Shown here: positions 54,949 to 64,000 of the stretch, in pieces
Layout of the letters: every line of letters starts with the position of its first letter
How positions within the stretch are numbered: the stretch's first letter is position 1
Origin: Patescibacteria group bacterium
GTDB taxonomy: Bacteria > Patescibacteriota > Minisyncoccia > Phycocordibacterales > UBA918
DNA length: 64,000 nt
Assembly: GCA_019750255.1 (NCBI GenBank)
Contig: JAIEOU010000001.1
Span: 36,006 to 100,005 of the forward strand
Reading direction: 5' to 3'
Position numbers and translations under genes: made by a program
The notes under the pieces: model-generated
Databases searched by the model: none
What the model saw: the letters and a program-made list of their open reading frames with translations, nothing else
Told to the model about the DNA's origin: nothing

Positions 54949-56457
54949 TCACAGAACGAGAACTCCACTCGACCGCAGAATTGTGGTCGGCAGAGACGTC
55001 TGCCCCATTGAGTGCTCGTACCGCTGAGCGGCCGCGCTCGGGTTAAACGGGATCCCGAGCTTTTTCCGGAGCGACGTTTCGAGACGATCACGCTCCGCCA
55101 CGAGCTCTTCGCGCGTGAGATTATCGGTCCAGACGTGAGAAACATAACCGCCGTCGGGATTGCCTTTGTAGTAATCAGCCTCCTTCAGGTAATCAATCTC
55201 TTCTTGAAGCAGTCGGTCGCCGTTCCGCTTGTACGTATACGCGTAGTGACCCTTTTCAGGATCAACGCACACCGCCTCATCGTAGTACGGCGATCCCGGA
55301 TACGGAGTGATGATGGTGACATCGAAGTCATCAGGAGCAATGTCAAGCAACCACTGTTCCGTTTCGCGAATGGTCTCATGTGATTCACCGGGGTGACCAA
55401 TAGACATCAAGGCTTTCACCTTGAGGCCGGCGGCGCGCGCAATCTCCACGCACCGACTATTCGCCTCCTGGGTAGCAATCTTCTGGATATTCTCCAAGAT
55501 GCGCGGCGAACCACTCTCAAAGCCAGTGAGTAGCCACCGAAACCCGGCTTCGTACATGGCCTCTGCCTGCGCGGGAGTGAAGAGTTCAGCCTTTACAAAG
55601 CCGCGCAGTTTCCACTCGACGCCGAGGTCTCGCTGAGCCTTCGTGATTGCCCGCATGAGCTCGACCATGGTCTTGCTGACATTGAGTTCGTCATCATAGA
55701 ACATGAATCCGCGGAAGCCGTAGGCCTGGTACAGATGAACCATCTCGGCCACGATACATTCCGTCGACCGCGTGCGAATGCGTCGCAGGCTGGGTGACAG
55801 TCGACCAGCGCAGAAACCACACTTAAATGGACAGCCAAGCTGCGCAATCAGCGAGGTGGCGGGCACCCCGTCAATCGTGTAGCGATAGCTGCCGAAGTCG
55901 AGCAGGTGACGCGCCGGAAGGGGTAGCTCCCCGAGACGGGCATTCGTCAAAAACATGGGCGACTTCGGATCATCGGCATCAACGACAAATTCGTTCGTCG
56001 TAAGTGCCTGCTCGACCGCATCCTCGCCATCGCCCGCCACCAGTACATCAAAGTACTTGGTAAGCTGAGACACGGCACGATGTGCCCGGCCGGAGACACC
56101 ATTTTTCGCCTCCATTTTCTTGGCTGCGACGGCCAGGGTTCCGTGAGGACCACCGAGGATTATACGAGTCGTTGGGCGCAGACGGCGAATCGTTTCCGCC
56201 ACTTCGCGGGCAGCAGGAATTTGCGGAGTCGTAGCCGAAATTCCGATGTGCCGGCTGTCGTGTTGACTCAGATACTGGGCCAGGATCTCCGTGAAGTTCG
56301 AGAAGCCAGACAGATCAAGGAGATCAACTCCGTAGCCCTTCTGTTCAAGCACTGCGGCAACCCGAAGGATACCGAGTGGTGGAAAGACTCGCTCATCGAG
56401 CAAGAAAGGCGAAGGTGGATTAATCAGGGTGACGTGGGCGGGCCGCGATTTGGTCAT
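54949..56457 (-). CDS. Cobalamin-binding radical SAM protein
   Basis: PPLGIL, GISATT, ILGGPH, GDGE B12-binding domain; CPFKCGFC; FYDDE, GFESGS, IGHPGE, PYPGS; GGAG upstream of ATG 56457. Confidence 0.92.
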   Translation of the reverse strand: MTKSRPAHVTLINPPSPFLLDERVFPPLGILRVAAVLEQKGYGVDLLDLSGFSNFTEILAQYLSQHDSRHIGISATTPQIPAAREVAETIRRLRPTTRIILGGPHGTLAVAAKKMEAKNGVSGRAHRAVSQLTKYFDVLVAGDGEDAVEQALTTNEFVVDADDPKSPMFLTNARLGELPLPARHLLDFGSYRYTIDGVPATSLIAQLGCPFKCGFCAGRLSPSLRRIRTRSTECIVAEMVHLYQAYGFRGFMFYDDELNVSKTMVELMRAITKAQRDLGVEWKLRGFVKAELFTPAQAEAMYEAGFRWLLTGFESGSPRILENIQKIATQEANSRCVEIARAAGLKVKALMSIGHPGESHETIRETEQWLLDIAPDDFDVTIITPYPGSPYYDEAVCVDPEKGHYAYTYKRNGDRLLQEEIDYLKEADYYKGNPDGGYVSHVWTDNLTREELVAERDRLETSLRKKLGIPFNPSAAAQRYEHSMGQTSLPTTILRSSGVLVL

Positions 56458-56776
56458 GGGTGTGCTCCATCTGTTCAGGGTGTAAATGAACGTCCACCAG
56501 GACTTTACCGTACATTTTCTACAATGACAATTCACAGGTCTTTGACTGTGAGACTTTTTCACACCCTACCATGTAGACGGTAACCCAATGTCTAAAAAAT
56601 TCACTGGAGGATACGCAATTTCAGAACTGGAGTACCTCAACACCTTTCAGCACTCAACTAAATGTGTGTCAAGTTCACGCTCTGGCCACCAAACGTTAAT
56701 TATTCATTAATACGCCTTTGCGTAAATGATATATACTGAGACTTAATCCAGGGCAGCCCATAATTCACTACGCATC

Positions 56777-57529
56777 ATGACAACTTTGTACGAAGCGAGC
56801 AAGCTATTCCTTCAGGAACCGAAATCGTCCTATAAAAAAATTGCGCCTTTTTTACTTAGTAAACTCCTCCGCATTCGCAGGAACTGTGCGGAGATGATTG
56901 GCCTTGATTGGTATTCGAAACCCTACCCCGGGCACCAAAAACTCACTACATATCTAAACTACCAGAATGGTACCTACGTGGTGTGCGGTGCCAATGACGG
57001 GTATATGGTTGATCCGACTTATTACCTCGATAAATTTCAAGGGTGGAAAGGCGTTCTGATTGAACCTCTTCCAAAAGCCCTGCGCGAACTCAATCGAAAC
57101 CGTCCGAACAACATTGTCTTTGGGGTGGCGTGCGTACCAGAGAACTACAAAGATACGAGCATCACCATTTACGACGTCAATGCCATGTCCTTAACGCATC
57201 TATCAAAACTAAATGTCGATAACTGGGTTCAGCAAGGTGAAAAGGCGCAAAATATAATCGCAAAAAAAATCGATGTGCAGGCTCGCTCACTTTCTTCATT
57301 ATTACAGGAAGCGCAGCTGAAGAACGATTTTGACTTACTGGTGATTGATATTGAGGGCGCCGAAGAGTCCATTCTTAGAGATTTTGATTTCACCGTCTAC
57401 CACCCCACATTTCTACTCATTGAAATCGAAAATGAAAACGCCAAAGCAGAGATCGACACGATACTTTCTCCCTTTTACCGCTATTGCGAGATGGTAGGTG
57501 ACTCAGATTACCTGTACAAGAGATCATGA
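56777..57529 (+). CDS. FkbM family methyltransferase
   Basis: CGANDG, GWKGVLIEP, DLLVIDIEGAE, P..LLIE. Confidence 0.85.
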   Translation: MTTLYEASKLFLQEPKSSYKKIAPFLLSKLLRIRRNCAEMIGLDWYSKPYPGHQKLTTYLNYQNGTYVVCGANDGYMVDPTYYLDKFQGWKGVLIEPLPKALRELNRNRPNNIVFGVACVPENYKDTSITIYDVNAMSLTHLSKLNVDNWVQQGEKAQNIIAKKIDVQARSLSSLLQEAQLKNDFDLLVIDIEGAEESILRDFDFTVYHPTFLLIEIENENAKAEIDTILSPFYRYCEMVGDSDYLYKRS

Positions 57530-58491
57530 CGCCTCACCTCTCCATCATCATCCCCTGCTATAACTGCGCCAGCACCCTACGTGAGGCAGTGTCGTCATGC
57601 TATACCCAGGGCTTCTCCAGTGAGGACTTTGAGGTAGTGATGGTCAATGACTGCTCTACAGACGAGACCGCAACCACAATGGCCGACCTTGCGAGCGAAC
57701 ACTCAAATATACGCATCCACAATCACGCCGAGAACCGCGGTGGCGGTGCCGCCCGTAACACCGCAGTCACACACGCACGAGCAGCGGTTATTTTTTGTCT
57801 TGATAGCGATGACCTCCTCCCTCCGGGTACACTCAAAAAAATGTTTGAGTACCTGCAACAGAAAGGCTGCGATGGAGTATGCTTTCAGCACTCCATAAAA
57901 TTTAGAGGCACTGACATCACCAATGTCAGTCATACTGACTCCTACGAGCCGAGCGATACTCCGGTAGAACTTTCCACCCTAATCATGAAAAGCGGTCCTC
58001 CCTCACCCGTGACTGTGGTATTCATGTTCACCAAACGAGCTTGGCATACTGTACAAGGCTACCCAACCCACCATGGCTTTGACACCCAGGGTTTCGGGTG
58101 GCGGTTTCTTTCGGCGGGACTGAAGGCCTATATTTGTCCAGGCACAACGTATTTGCATCGGGTAGAGTTACATCAGTCATACTATCTGCGGGAATGGAAC
58201 GCTGGAAAGACCAACCTCAATATGCGTGAAATCCTTTTTGAACACCTTCCATTGTTTTCACCACCAGCACAGCAGGTAATCCGAGACTTTGCCTACGAGG
58301 ACTTTACCAAAGATATTTTTGGTTCCCTATTGAAATTAGACCCACTCTTCAGCAATGATAAAGGCGAAAGTGTTGGCACCCTCAGTTATACAAACACCCC
58401 CCGTACACCCAAAATTACTGTCGTACCCAGAAACAGCCTCCGCGGTCTCTGGTTTCGTTTTAAATCCCGGATACGGAACCAGATGACCTGA
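57526..58491 (+). CDS. Family 2 glycosyltransferase
   Basis: LSIIIPCYN, VNDCSTD, NRGGGAARN, CLDSDD. Confidence 0.9.
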   Translation: MTPHLSIIIPCYNCASTLREAVSSCYTQGFSSEDFEVVMVNDCSTDETATTMADLASEHSNIRIHNHAENRGGGAARNTAVTHARAAVIFCLDSDDLLPPGTLKKMFEYLQQKGCDGVCFQHSIKFRGTDITNVSHTDSYEPSDTPVELSTLIMKSGPPSPVTVVFMFTKRAWHTVQGYPTHHGFDTQGFGWRFLSAGLKAYICPGTTYLHRVELHQSYYLREWNAGKTNLNMREILFEHLPLFSPPAQQVIRDFAYEDFTKDIFGSLLKLDPLFSNDKGESVGTLSYTNTPRTPKITVVPRNSLRGLWFRFKSRIRNQMT

Positions 58492-58595
58492 CGCTCACGG
58501 TCATCGTCTAGCTCTATCTATGCTACAATGGCTCAAAATAAAAGAATCTAGACTACTTAATCATTCACCTGCCAGCGCAGTTACTAAGTAATAGC

Positions 58596-59465
58596 ATGCC
58601 AAGCAAAGCCGACTTGTACAGAATTATTGAGAACATTACTCCGCCCGTTGTCTTTCGACTGCTTAAAGCAAGCTCGTTATTGCCGACGCTCGTGCGCATT
58701 ACGAGTCGCCTTTCAGGACTTAACCGCTCACAGGTTGTCACTGTAACTGGCGGTGATTTACAGGGATACGCCCTTAAACTAAACCCCACCGGCCCCTGGC
58801 AACACGAGATGATTTCAGGTATGTATGATAAGGAGTTATTTGAGCTCATTAAGCAGTATTCTCTCAGTGGCACCGTGGTGTATGACATCGGGGCACATAT
58901 TGGCTATCACACGCTATTATTTGCGACCCTAGTCGGGAAGCAGGGGCACGTCTACGCTTTCGAACCAAACCCCGCGAACGCAAAACGAGCGCAAGAAATC
59001 GCCGAACTCAATACGGAACTTCATTCGACCATTTCCATACACAACCTTGCTTTATCAGACACGCGTGGTAGCACTGAGTTTCTAAGTACTGATGATATTG
59101 AAGGGGGCTCCAGTACCGGAGGCTTCATTAATGATGCATCAACGCTTTGGGAGCGAAACCGCTATGTTAATAAAATCGGCTTCACGAAAAGCACCGTTAC
59201 CATTGAAACAATTGATCATCTCATTGCGCAAAAGATAATACAGCCACCACACCTAATGAAGATAGACGTAGAAGGAGCTGAGCAACTGGTACTTGGCGGC
59301 GCCCTCGATACCCTTCGCACCTATAGACCGACTATCATAGTTGAATTTCACTCAATCTTTTCAACCTTTGCGTGCCTGGATCTGCTGCAGACACTCGCGT
59401 ATAAGCACACCATCCTTAAGAAAGAACCAGATGGTAGAGTGATGATAGTGTCAGTACCACAATAA
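58596..59465 (+). CDS. FkbM family methyltransferase
   Basis: YDIGAHIG, YAFEPNP, MKIDVEGAE..VL.G, RPTIIVEFH. Confidence 0.92.
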   Translation: MPSKADLYRIIENITPPVVFRLLKASSLLPTLVRITSRLSGLNRSQVVTVTGGDLQGYALKLNPTGPWQHEMISGMYDKELFELIKQYSLSGTVVYDIGAHIGYHTLLFATLVGKQGHVYAFEPNPANAKRAQEIAELNTELHSTISIHNLALSDTRGSTEFLSTDDIEGGSSTGGFINDASTLWERNRYVNKIGFTKSTVTIETIDHLIAQKIIQPPHLMKIDVEGAEQLVLGGALDTLRTYRPTIIVEFHSIFSTFACLDLLQTLAYKHTILKKEPDGRVMIVSVPQ

Positions 59466-59466
59466 A

Positions 59467-60684
59467 ATGCCTACCCTTTCGATAGTCATCCCCTGTTATA
59501 ACTCGGCCAAAACGCTTCGCGAGTCCGTCGTTTCTTGTTATCAGCAGAACCTATCTAATGACGAGTTTGAAATCATCATGGTTGACGATGGCTCGAGCGA
59601 TACAACGAAGGAGCTCATGCACACCCTGGCCGCAGAGCATACAAATATTCACCTCCTTTTCCATGACAAGAATCGCGGAGGTGGTGCGGCACGCAATACG
59701 GGCATAAAAACCGCCCGTGGAGAATTCATCTATTGTCTTGACAGCGATAACCTGTTTGCCACGGATTCACTGCGACCCATGCTTACCTACCTCAATAGCG
59801 CACAGGTTGATGGGGTGGCCTTTTACGAACGACGTTTTTTTCTAGGGACAAATATCCGTAACTATCGTTCACATCTTAATGAGATCCTGGGCAGAAAAAT
59901 TAGTTTGCTGGATATTTTTCGAGAAGAGGAGCCTTTGCTAGACAATTTTATCTACCGAAAATCGGCCTACCTGAAGACTGCTGGGTATCCAGAGCACCAC
60001 GGGTTCGATACCCAGTGTTTTGAGATTCGCTATTTAAGTGCCGGAAACACGGTCGAGATTTGTCCCGATTCAATCTTCTACCACCGGCACGGTATGCAGG
60101 AGCGCTCGTATTTTGAGCGGGTACACGCATCGGGAATGTTCTCAATTAATTTTATGCTGATCTATGAGGAACTCTTTCATCTCTTTCTTCCAACGGTACA
60201 GACCGCACTAGCACAGTTCCCTATCTTCGACGCCACCTCTAGCCAAGGTGCTAATATAAACGCTTTTTTGAAAGGGAAAGTGCGTCAGGGAGAGCGTATT
60301 TTTATCGATGATTATGAGCGGTACTTAGCACACAATGGTGTAGCGCTCTGGCTACAAGAACACCCCGAGACTACCCCCGACACCCTTTTAACCCACTGCC
60401 TCATCGCTGCGTATCAGCTTGATTTTCTTACCGCCCACAGACTCCTTAGTGAGCATATAAAATTTCACCGCCACCTATCTCCGTATCTCACATTCCTCTC
60501 GGCTCGAATACTTCACGGCATAGCCGGAGTTCCCACCCCTTACTTGGTACAAGCGACCCTGGCGCTCCTACCGAAGCTCCAGGTACACCCGACCACGGTA
60601 CAAAGTGCTACCTTGGGAAACTATATCCGGAGTAACACAGTTCTATACAGAATGATGCTCCTTGTGCGCCGCCTATTTCGATAA
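59467..60684 (+). CDS. Family 2 glycosyltransferase
   Basis: LSIVIPCYN, VDDGSSD, NRGGGAARN, CLDSDN; paralogue of 57526-58491. Confidence 0.9.
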   Translation: MPTLSIVIPCYNSAKTLRESVVSCYQQNLSNDEFEIIMVDDGSSDTTKELMHTLAAEHTNIHLLFHDKNRGGGAARNTGIKTARGEFIYCLDSDNLFATDSLRPMLTYLNSAQVDGVAFYERRFFLGTNIRNYRSHLNEILGRKISLLDIFREEEPLLDNFIYRKSAYLKTAGYPEHHGFDTQCFEIRYLSAGNTVEICPDSIFYHRHGMQERSYFERVHASGMFSINFMLIYEELFHLFLPTVQTALAQFPIFDATSSQGANINAFLKGKVRQGERIFIDDYERYLAHNGVALWLQEHPETTPDTLLTHCLIAAYQLDFLTAHRLLSEHIKFHRHLSPYLTFLSARILHGIAGVPTPYLVQATLALLPKLQVHPTTVQSATLGNYIRSNTVLYRMMLLVRRLFR

Positions 60685-60686
60685 AT

Positions 60687-61610
60687 ATGTCCACCCCAGA
60701 ACCACTTGCAACACCTATACTCATCATCATTTTTAATCGTCCCGATAAGGTCCGTGCGTTACTTGCGGCCCTTCTACCCCATAAGCCTAAAAAACTGTAC
60801 ATTGGGGCGGATGGGCCGCGCACTAATAGAACTGACGATGCTAGGCTGTGTGAAGAAGCCCGGAAAATTGCTACAGAAGTATCCTGGCCCTGTGAAGTGA
60901 CTACCCTCTTTCAAACAAAGAATCTCGGCTGCAAAATGGGTGCCACCACCGCTATCAGCTGGTTTTTCGAGCACGAAGAAGAAGGAATAATTCTGGAAGA
61001 TGATTGTATTCCCAATGGGACATTTTTATCCTTCGCAGCTGCAATGCTTGAGCGGTATCGGCACGAAGACAAGGTAATGCAGATAAACGGAACAACGTTT
61101 CTTACCTTTAATGAACTACCGCCACACCCTACGGCATACTACTTTTCTAAAATTCCCCTCATGTGGGGTTGGGCTTCCTGGCGAAGAGCGTGGCAGCACA
61201 ATGACTTAGCAATGCCAAACCTCGCGAACCTCTTTAGCATGCTTCGCCATGACAACGCCTTTATGACGAGACAGCACGCGTACTTTTGGTACAACCTCTG
61301 CCGGCATATCCAAAAAAACGACATTGATACCTGGGATGCCCAGTGGGTATACAGCGTATATAATAATAAGGGTCTCTGTATTACGCCTGCTACTAACACC
61401 ATTGAGAATATTGGCTTTGACACCGAAGCAACCCATACCACTGAAAGAATCGCTATTGCACAAAGTTATAGTAACGCTGAAAGCTCACTGCCTGAACCAT
61501 CTCCCATAACCGTACACCACGAATTTGATCGGAGACTTATGAATAAAGCCTTCACCGATACGCCTTTTAAGCACTTTAAGTTCTTTATTAAATCACTTTT
61601 ACGAGTTTAA
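60687..61610 (+). CDS. GT-A fold nucleotide-diphospho-sugar transferase
   Basis: PILIIIFNRP, ADGPR, NLGC, GIILEDDCIP, WGWASWRRAW, DTWDAQW, NIGF..EATHT. Confidence 0.85.
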   Translation: MSTPEPLATPILIIIFNRPDKVRALLAALLPHKPKKLYIGADGPRTNRTDDARLCEEARKIATEVSWPCEVTTLFQTKNLGCKMGATTAISWFFEHEEEGIILEDDCIPNGTFLSFAAAMLERYRHEDKVMQINGTTFLTFNELPPHPTAYYFSKIPLMWGWASWRRAWQHNDLAMPNLANLFSMLRHDNAFMTRQHAYFWYNLCRHIQKNDIDTWDAQWVYSVYNNKGLCITPATNTIENIGFDTEATHTTERIAIAQSYSNAESSLPEPSPITVHHEFDRRLMNKAFTDTPFKHFKFFIKSLLRV

Positions 61611-61618
61611 CGGTCACT

Positions 61619-62536
61619 ATGGATACCCCTACCCGCCAAGTCCTCATTACTACCATCCTCACTCGCGAAAAACTGCGACCACTTACGCGCATTGCGCGCC
61701 TACTACAAAGCCCTTGGCGCACTATACCCTACTATCTTCTCGCCACACTGGGACACGTCCACCCTTTCCCGATAACTTTCAACACCCTCTGGAATACCAG
61801 AATGTCGTGCTATTTACCCGAAGGCAATACGTTTTACTACTACGGCTATTGCGAAGCAAACTTAACTAACTTTTTCATCCGCTACGTGCGTGAGGGCATG
61901 ACCATTATTGATGTGGGGGCGCACGTCGGTATCTACTCAATGCTCGGGTCGGAACTCGTGGGCAAGACGGGGAACGTACACAGTTTTGAACCGACACCAC
62001 GCACCGGTGGCTTGCTTTCAAAAAATACCGCTGGGTTAGGAAACGTCACCGTACAGAATCTGGCCGTCGCTGAAGTAGCCGGGACCGTTACCTTTGCTGA
62101 TTATGGGCCTGGGTACGGTGCATACAATAGCGCGAGTACTGCAGGAGCTCAGGACATTACCCGAACCCCAACCCGCATTTCTGTAAACAGTATTCGCCTC
62201 GATGATTATTGCAGCGAACATCACATAACTCCTTCACTTCTTAAGATTGATGCTGAGGGTTTTGAGTACGAAGTACTAAAAGGCGCCTCCGCCTTACTTT
62301 CAAAGAGCACGCCACGCCCGCTGATCACCATTGAAGTTGCCGGCGGCAGCGGCTGGGCAGATAACCGAACGGCCACCTTTACACTCTTAAACGAGCACCG
62401 CTATGTGCCCTACGAAATTAAGCCCGATGGCACCCTAAAACCACACGAACTCAAAGATGCAGCTTTATATACCTACGATAATCTCCTGTTTATACCAGAA
62501 GAACGGAAGATGGAAGTAGTTACTGAACTTTCATGA
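61619..62536 (+). CDS. FkbM family methyltransferase
   Basis: IDVGAHVG, HSFEPTP, LKIDAEGFEYEVLKG. Confidence 0.9.
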   Translation: MDTPTRQVLITTILTREKLRPLTRIARLLQSPWRTIPYYLLATLGHVHPFPITFNTLWNTRMSCYLPEGNTFYYYGYCEANLTNFFIRYVREGMTIIDVGAHVGIYSMLGSELVGKTGNVHSFEPTPRTGGLLSKNTAGLGNVTVQNLAVAEVAGTVTFADYGPGYGAYNSASTAGAQDITRTPTRISVNSIRLDDYCSEHHITPSLLKIDAEGFEYEVLKGASALLSKSTPRPLITIEVAGGSGWADNRTATFTLLNEHRYVPYEIKPDGTLKPHELKDAALYTYDNLLFIPEERKMEVVTELS

Positions 62537-63402
62537 TAATTCTCAACCTAAAAGGAGGTACCGGCAATCAGCTATTTCAATATGCGTTTGCTAAACATTT
62601 AGCTGTTAAAAACATCGATACCATCAAACTCGAAGTTGACGGTCTGGCTCGAGCAAACGAAATTGGTGATATCTATCGCCCGCTTTCGCTATCACATTTT
62701 TCGTGTGACTACACGGTTGCTACGGCTATTGAAGTACAGCGTCTCAAGTATCCTTTTGGAATCATTTCTAAAGCGTGGCGCTATTTTAAAGCCAAAGTAT
62801 TACGCCAGTATTACCTGGTGTATGATCCGCGGGCACTGAACTGGAAGGGTGATCTATTTATTGATGGTTACTTTCAGTCGCCGCGCTACTTTGAAGCAAT
62901 CAGAGACGTTCTATTGAAAGACTTTGTCCTTAAAAAACCATTTTCTATACCCGCAGCTCACTTCAGAGATCACATCAAAGCATCTATTGCCGTATCGCTT
63001 CATATTAGACGAGCAGATTACGCTCAAAACCCTCGCGTCCGCAGTGAGTACGGTCTCTGCACTATCGGGTATTATAAAAGAGCTATGGCCCACATCGAGG
63101 CGACCTGCCCGTCACCAACGTACTTTGTTTTTTCAGATGATATTCCGTGGGTGAAAGCTAATCTTCCTATGGGTGAAAATGTAGTGTTTGTACATGATCC
63201 TCTACTAAGCGATGTAGAAGAATTAATGCTCATGAGTCTCTGCCAGCACAACATCATCGCGAATAGCTCTTTCAGCTGGTGGGGTGCCTGGCTTAACCAA
63301 AACCCAGACAAAATTGTGGTCGCGCCAACTCCGTGGTTTGATCACGCAACATACGACAAAGATCTACTTCCAAAAACCTGGGTACAACTCCCCAAAGCAT
63401 GA
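62533..63402 (+). CDS. Alpha-1,2-fucosyltransferase (GT11)
   Basis: GGTGNQLFQYA, GYFQS, SLHIRRADY, FSDD..W, HNIIANSSFSWWGAWL. Confidence 0.93.
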   Translation: MIILNLKGGTGNQLFQYAFAKHLAVKNIDTIKLEVDGLARANEIGDIYRPLSLSHFSCDYTVATAIEVQRLKYPFGIISKAWRYFKAKVLRQYYLVYDPRALNWKGDLFIDGYFQSPRYFEAIRDVLLKDFVLKKPFSIPAAHFRDHIKASIAVSLHIRRADYAQNPRVRSEYGLCTIGYYKRAMAHIEATCPSPTYFVFSDDIPWVKANLPMGENVVFVHDPLLSDVEELMLMSLCQHNIIANSSFSWWGAWLNQNPDKIVVAPTPWFDHATYDKDLLPKTWVQLPKA

Positions 63403-64000
63403 ATTCCACTTCACCGCTCGTGAGCATACTCATGCTCACCTATAACCGCGCCCCCTACATAGGAACTGCTATTGAAAGTGCACTTAACCAAACCTATCAA
63501 AATTTTGAGCTGATAATTCTCGACGACGGGTCAACGGACAGTACCGCAGCGGTGGTGATGACCTATTCCGACTCAAGAATTAAATTCCTGAAAGACCCGA
63601 CCAATAAGGGTCTTTACCGCAAACGCGGCGAAAGCCTCACCTATGCCACCGGTACCTACGTGGCCATCCTTGATAGTGACGACTATTGGACAGATACTAC
63701 AAAGCTCGAGAAACAAGTCCAGTACATGGAAACCCATCCCGACTGTGTGGTGGTTGGCACATTTTTAACTCTAGTAGACACCCAGAATGCGGAAGTGGGA
63801 AAGAACTCCTACCACACCGACGATACGTCAATTCGTCGCGCCATGCTATGGCGGAATCAGCTAGCCAACTCCAGCGTACTTATACGAGGGCGTGCTCTTT
63901 CAAAGACGTCAGGCTACCTTGATCTTTCACCGAGTGAAGATTACGAACTTTTCTTACAATTAGGAATGCACGGCGGTTTTGCCAATCTAAGCGGGTACGG
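63399..64000 (+). CDS. Family 2 glycosyltransferase (runs off the window end)
   Basis: ATG 63399 overlaps the upstream TGA; MNSTSPLVSILMLTYNR...ILDDGSTD...AILDSDDYW...KLEKQ; no stop seen before 64000. Confidence 0.88.
   Translation, partial: MNSTSPLVSILMLTYNRAPYIGTAIESALNQTYQNFELIILDDGSTDSTAAVVMTYSDSRIKFLKDPTNKGLYRKRGESLTYATGTYVAILDSDDYWTDTTKLEKQVQYMETHPDCVVVGTFLTLVDTQNAEVGKNSYHTDDTSIRRAMLWRNQLANSSVLIRGRALSKTSGYLDLSPSEDYELFLQLGMHGGFANLSGY

Overview
This looks like chromosomal DNA from a small-genome Patescibacteria/CPR bacterium, probably Parcubacteria. That call is inferred from a short PheS/PheT, a split transketolase, a short EF-Ts, xis-like HTH membrane proteins, Thr/Ser-rich surface proteins and near-leaderless promoters. 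Bases 1-34.5 kb are mostly minus-strand housekeeping genes: gyrB, pheT/pheS, tsf, rpsB, prfA, rpmE, rplY, a pentose-phosphate/GAPDH cluster, gatB, obg, secA, murB, an O-antigen-ligase-like protein and UDP-glucose dehydrogenase. This half also holds tRNA-Thr(UGU) beside a repeat-rich islet that includes a hairpin-interrupted second tRNA copy, and a disrupted surface-protein locus. Bases 34.6-64 kb are a large plus-strand surface-glycan locus: gmd/fcl, a flippase, GT2/GT4/GT11 glycosyltransferases, an amidotransferase, four SAM methyltransferases and an antisense B12-radical SAM gene. The best candidate for an undescribed system is 36.6-48.5 kb. It encodes a HAD phosphatase, a membrane GT-C fused to a phosphoribulokinase-like domain (split by a frameshift in a T7 run), a class II aldolase/epimerase, two nucleotidyltransferases, a GDPD-like phosphodiesterase, GtrA, two polytopic membrane proteins and a polyprenyl-phosphate GT2. 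I infer this could activate a pentulose (ribulose or xylulose) and attach it to the cell surface. All functional calls come from motif recognition by eye; no database searches were run.
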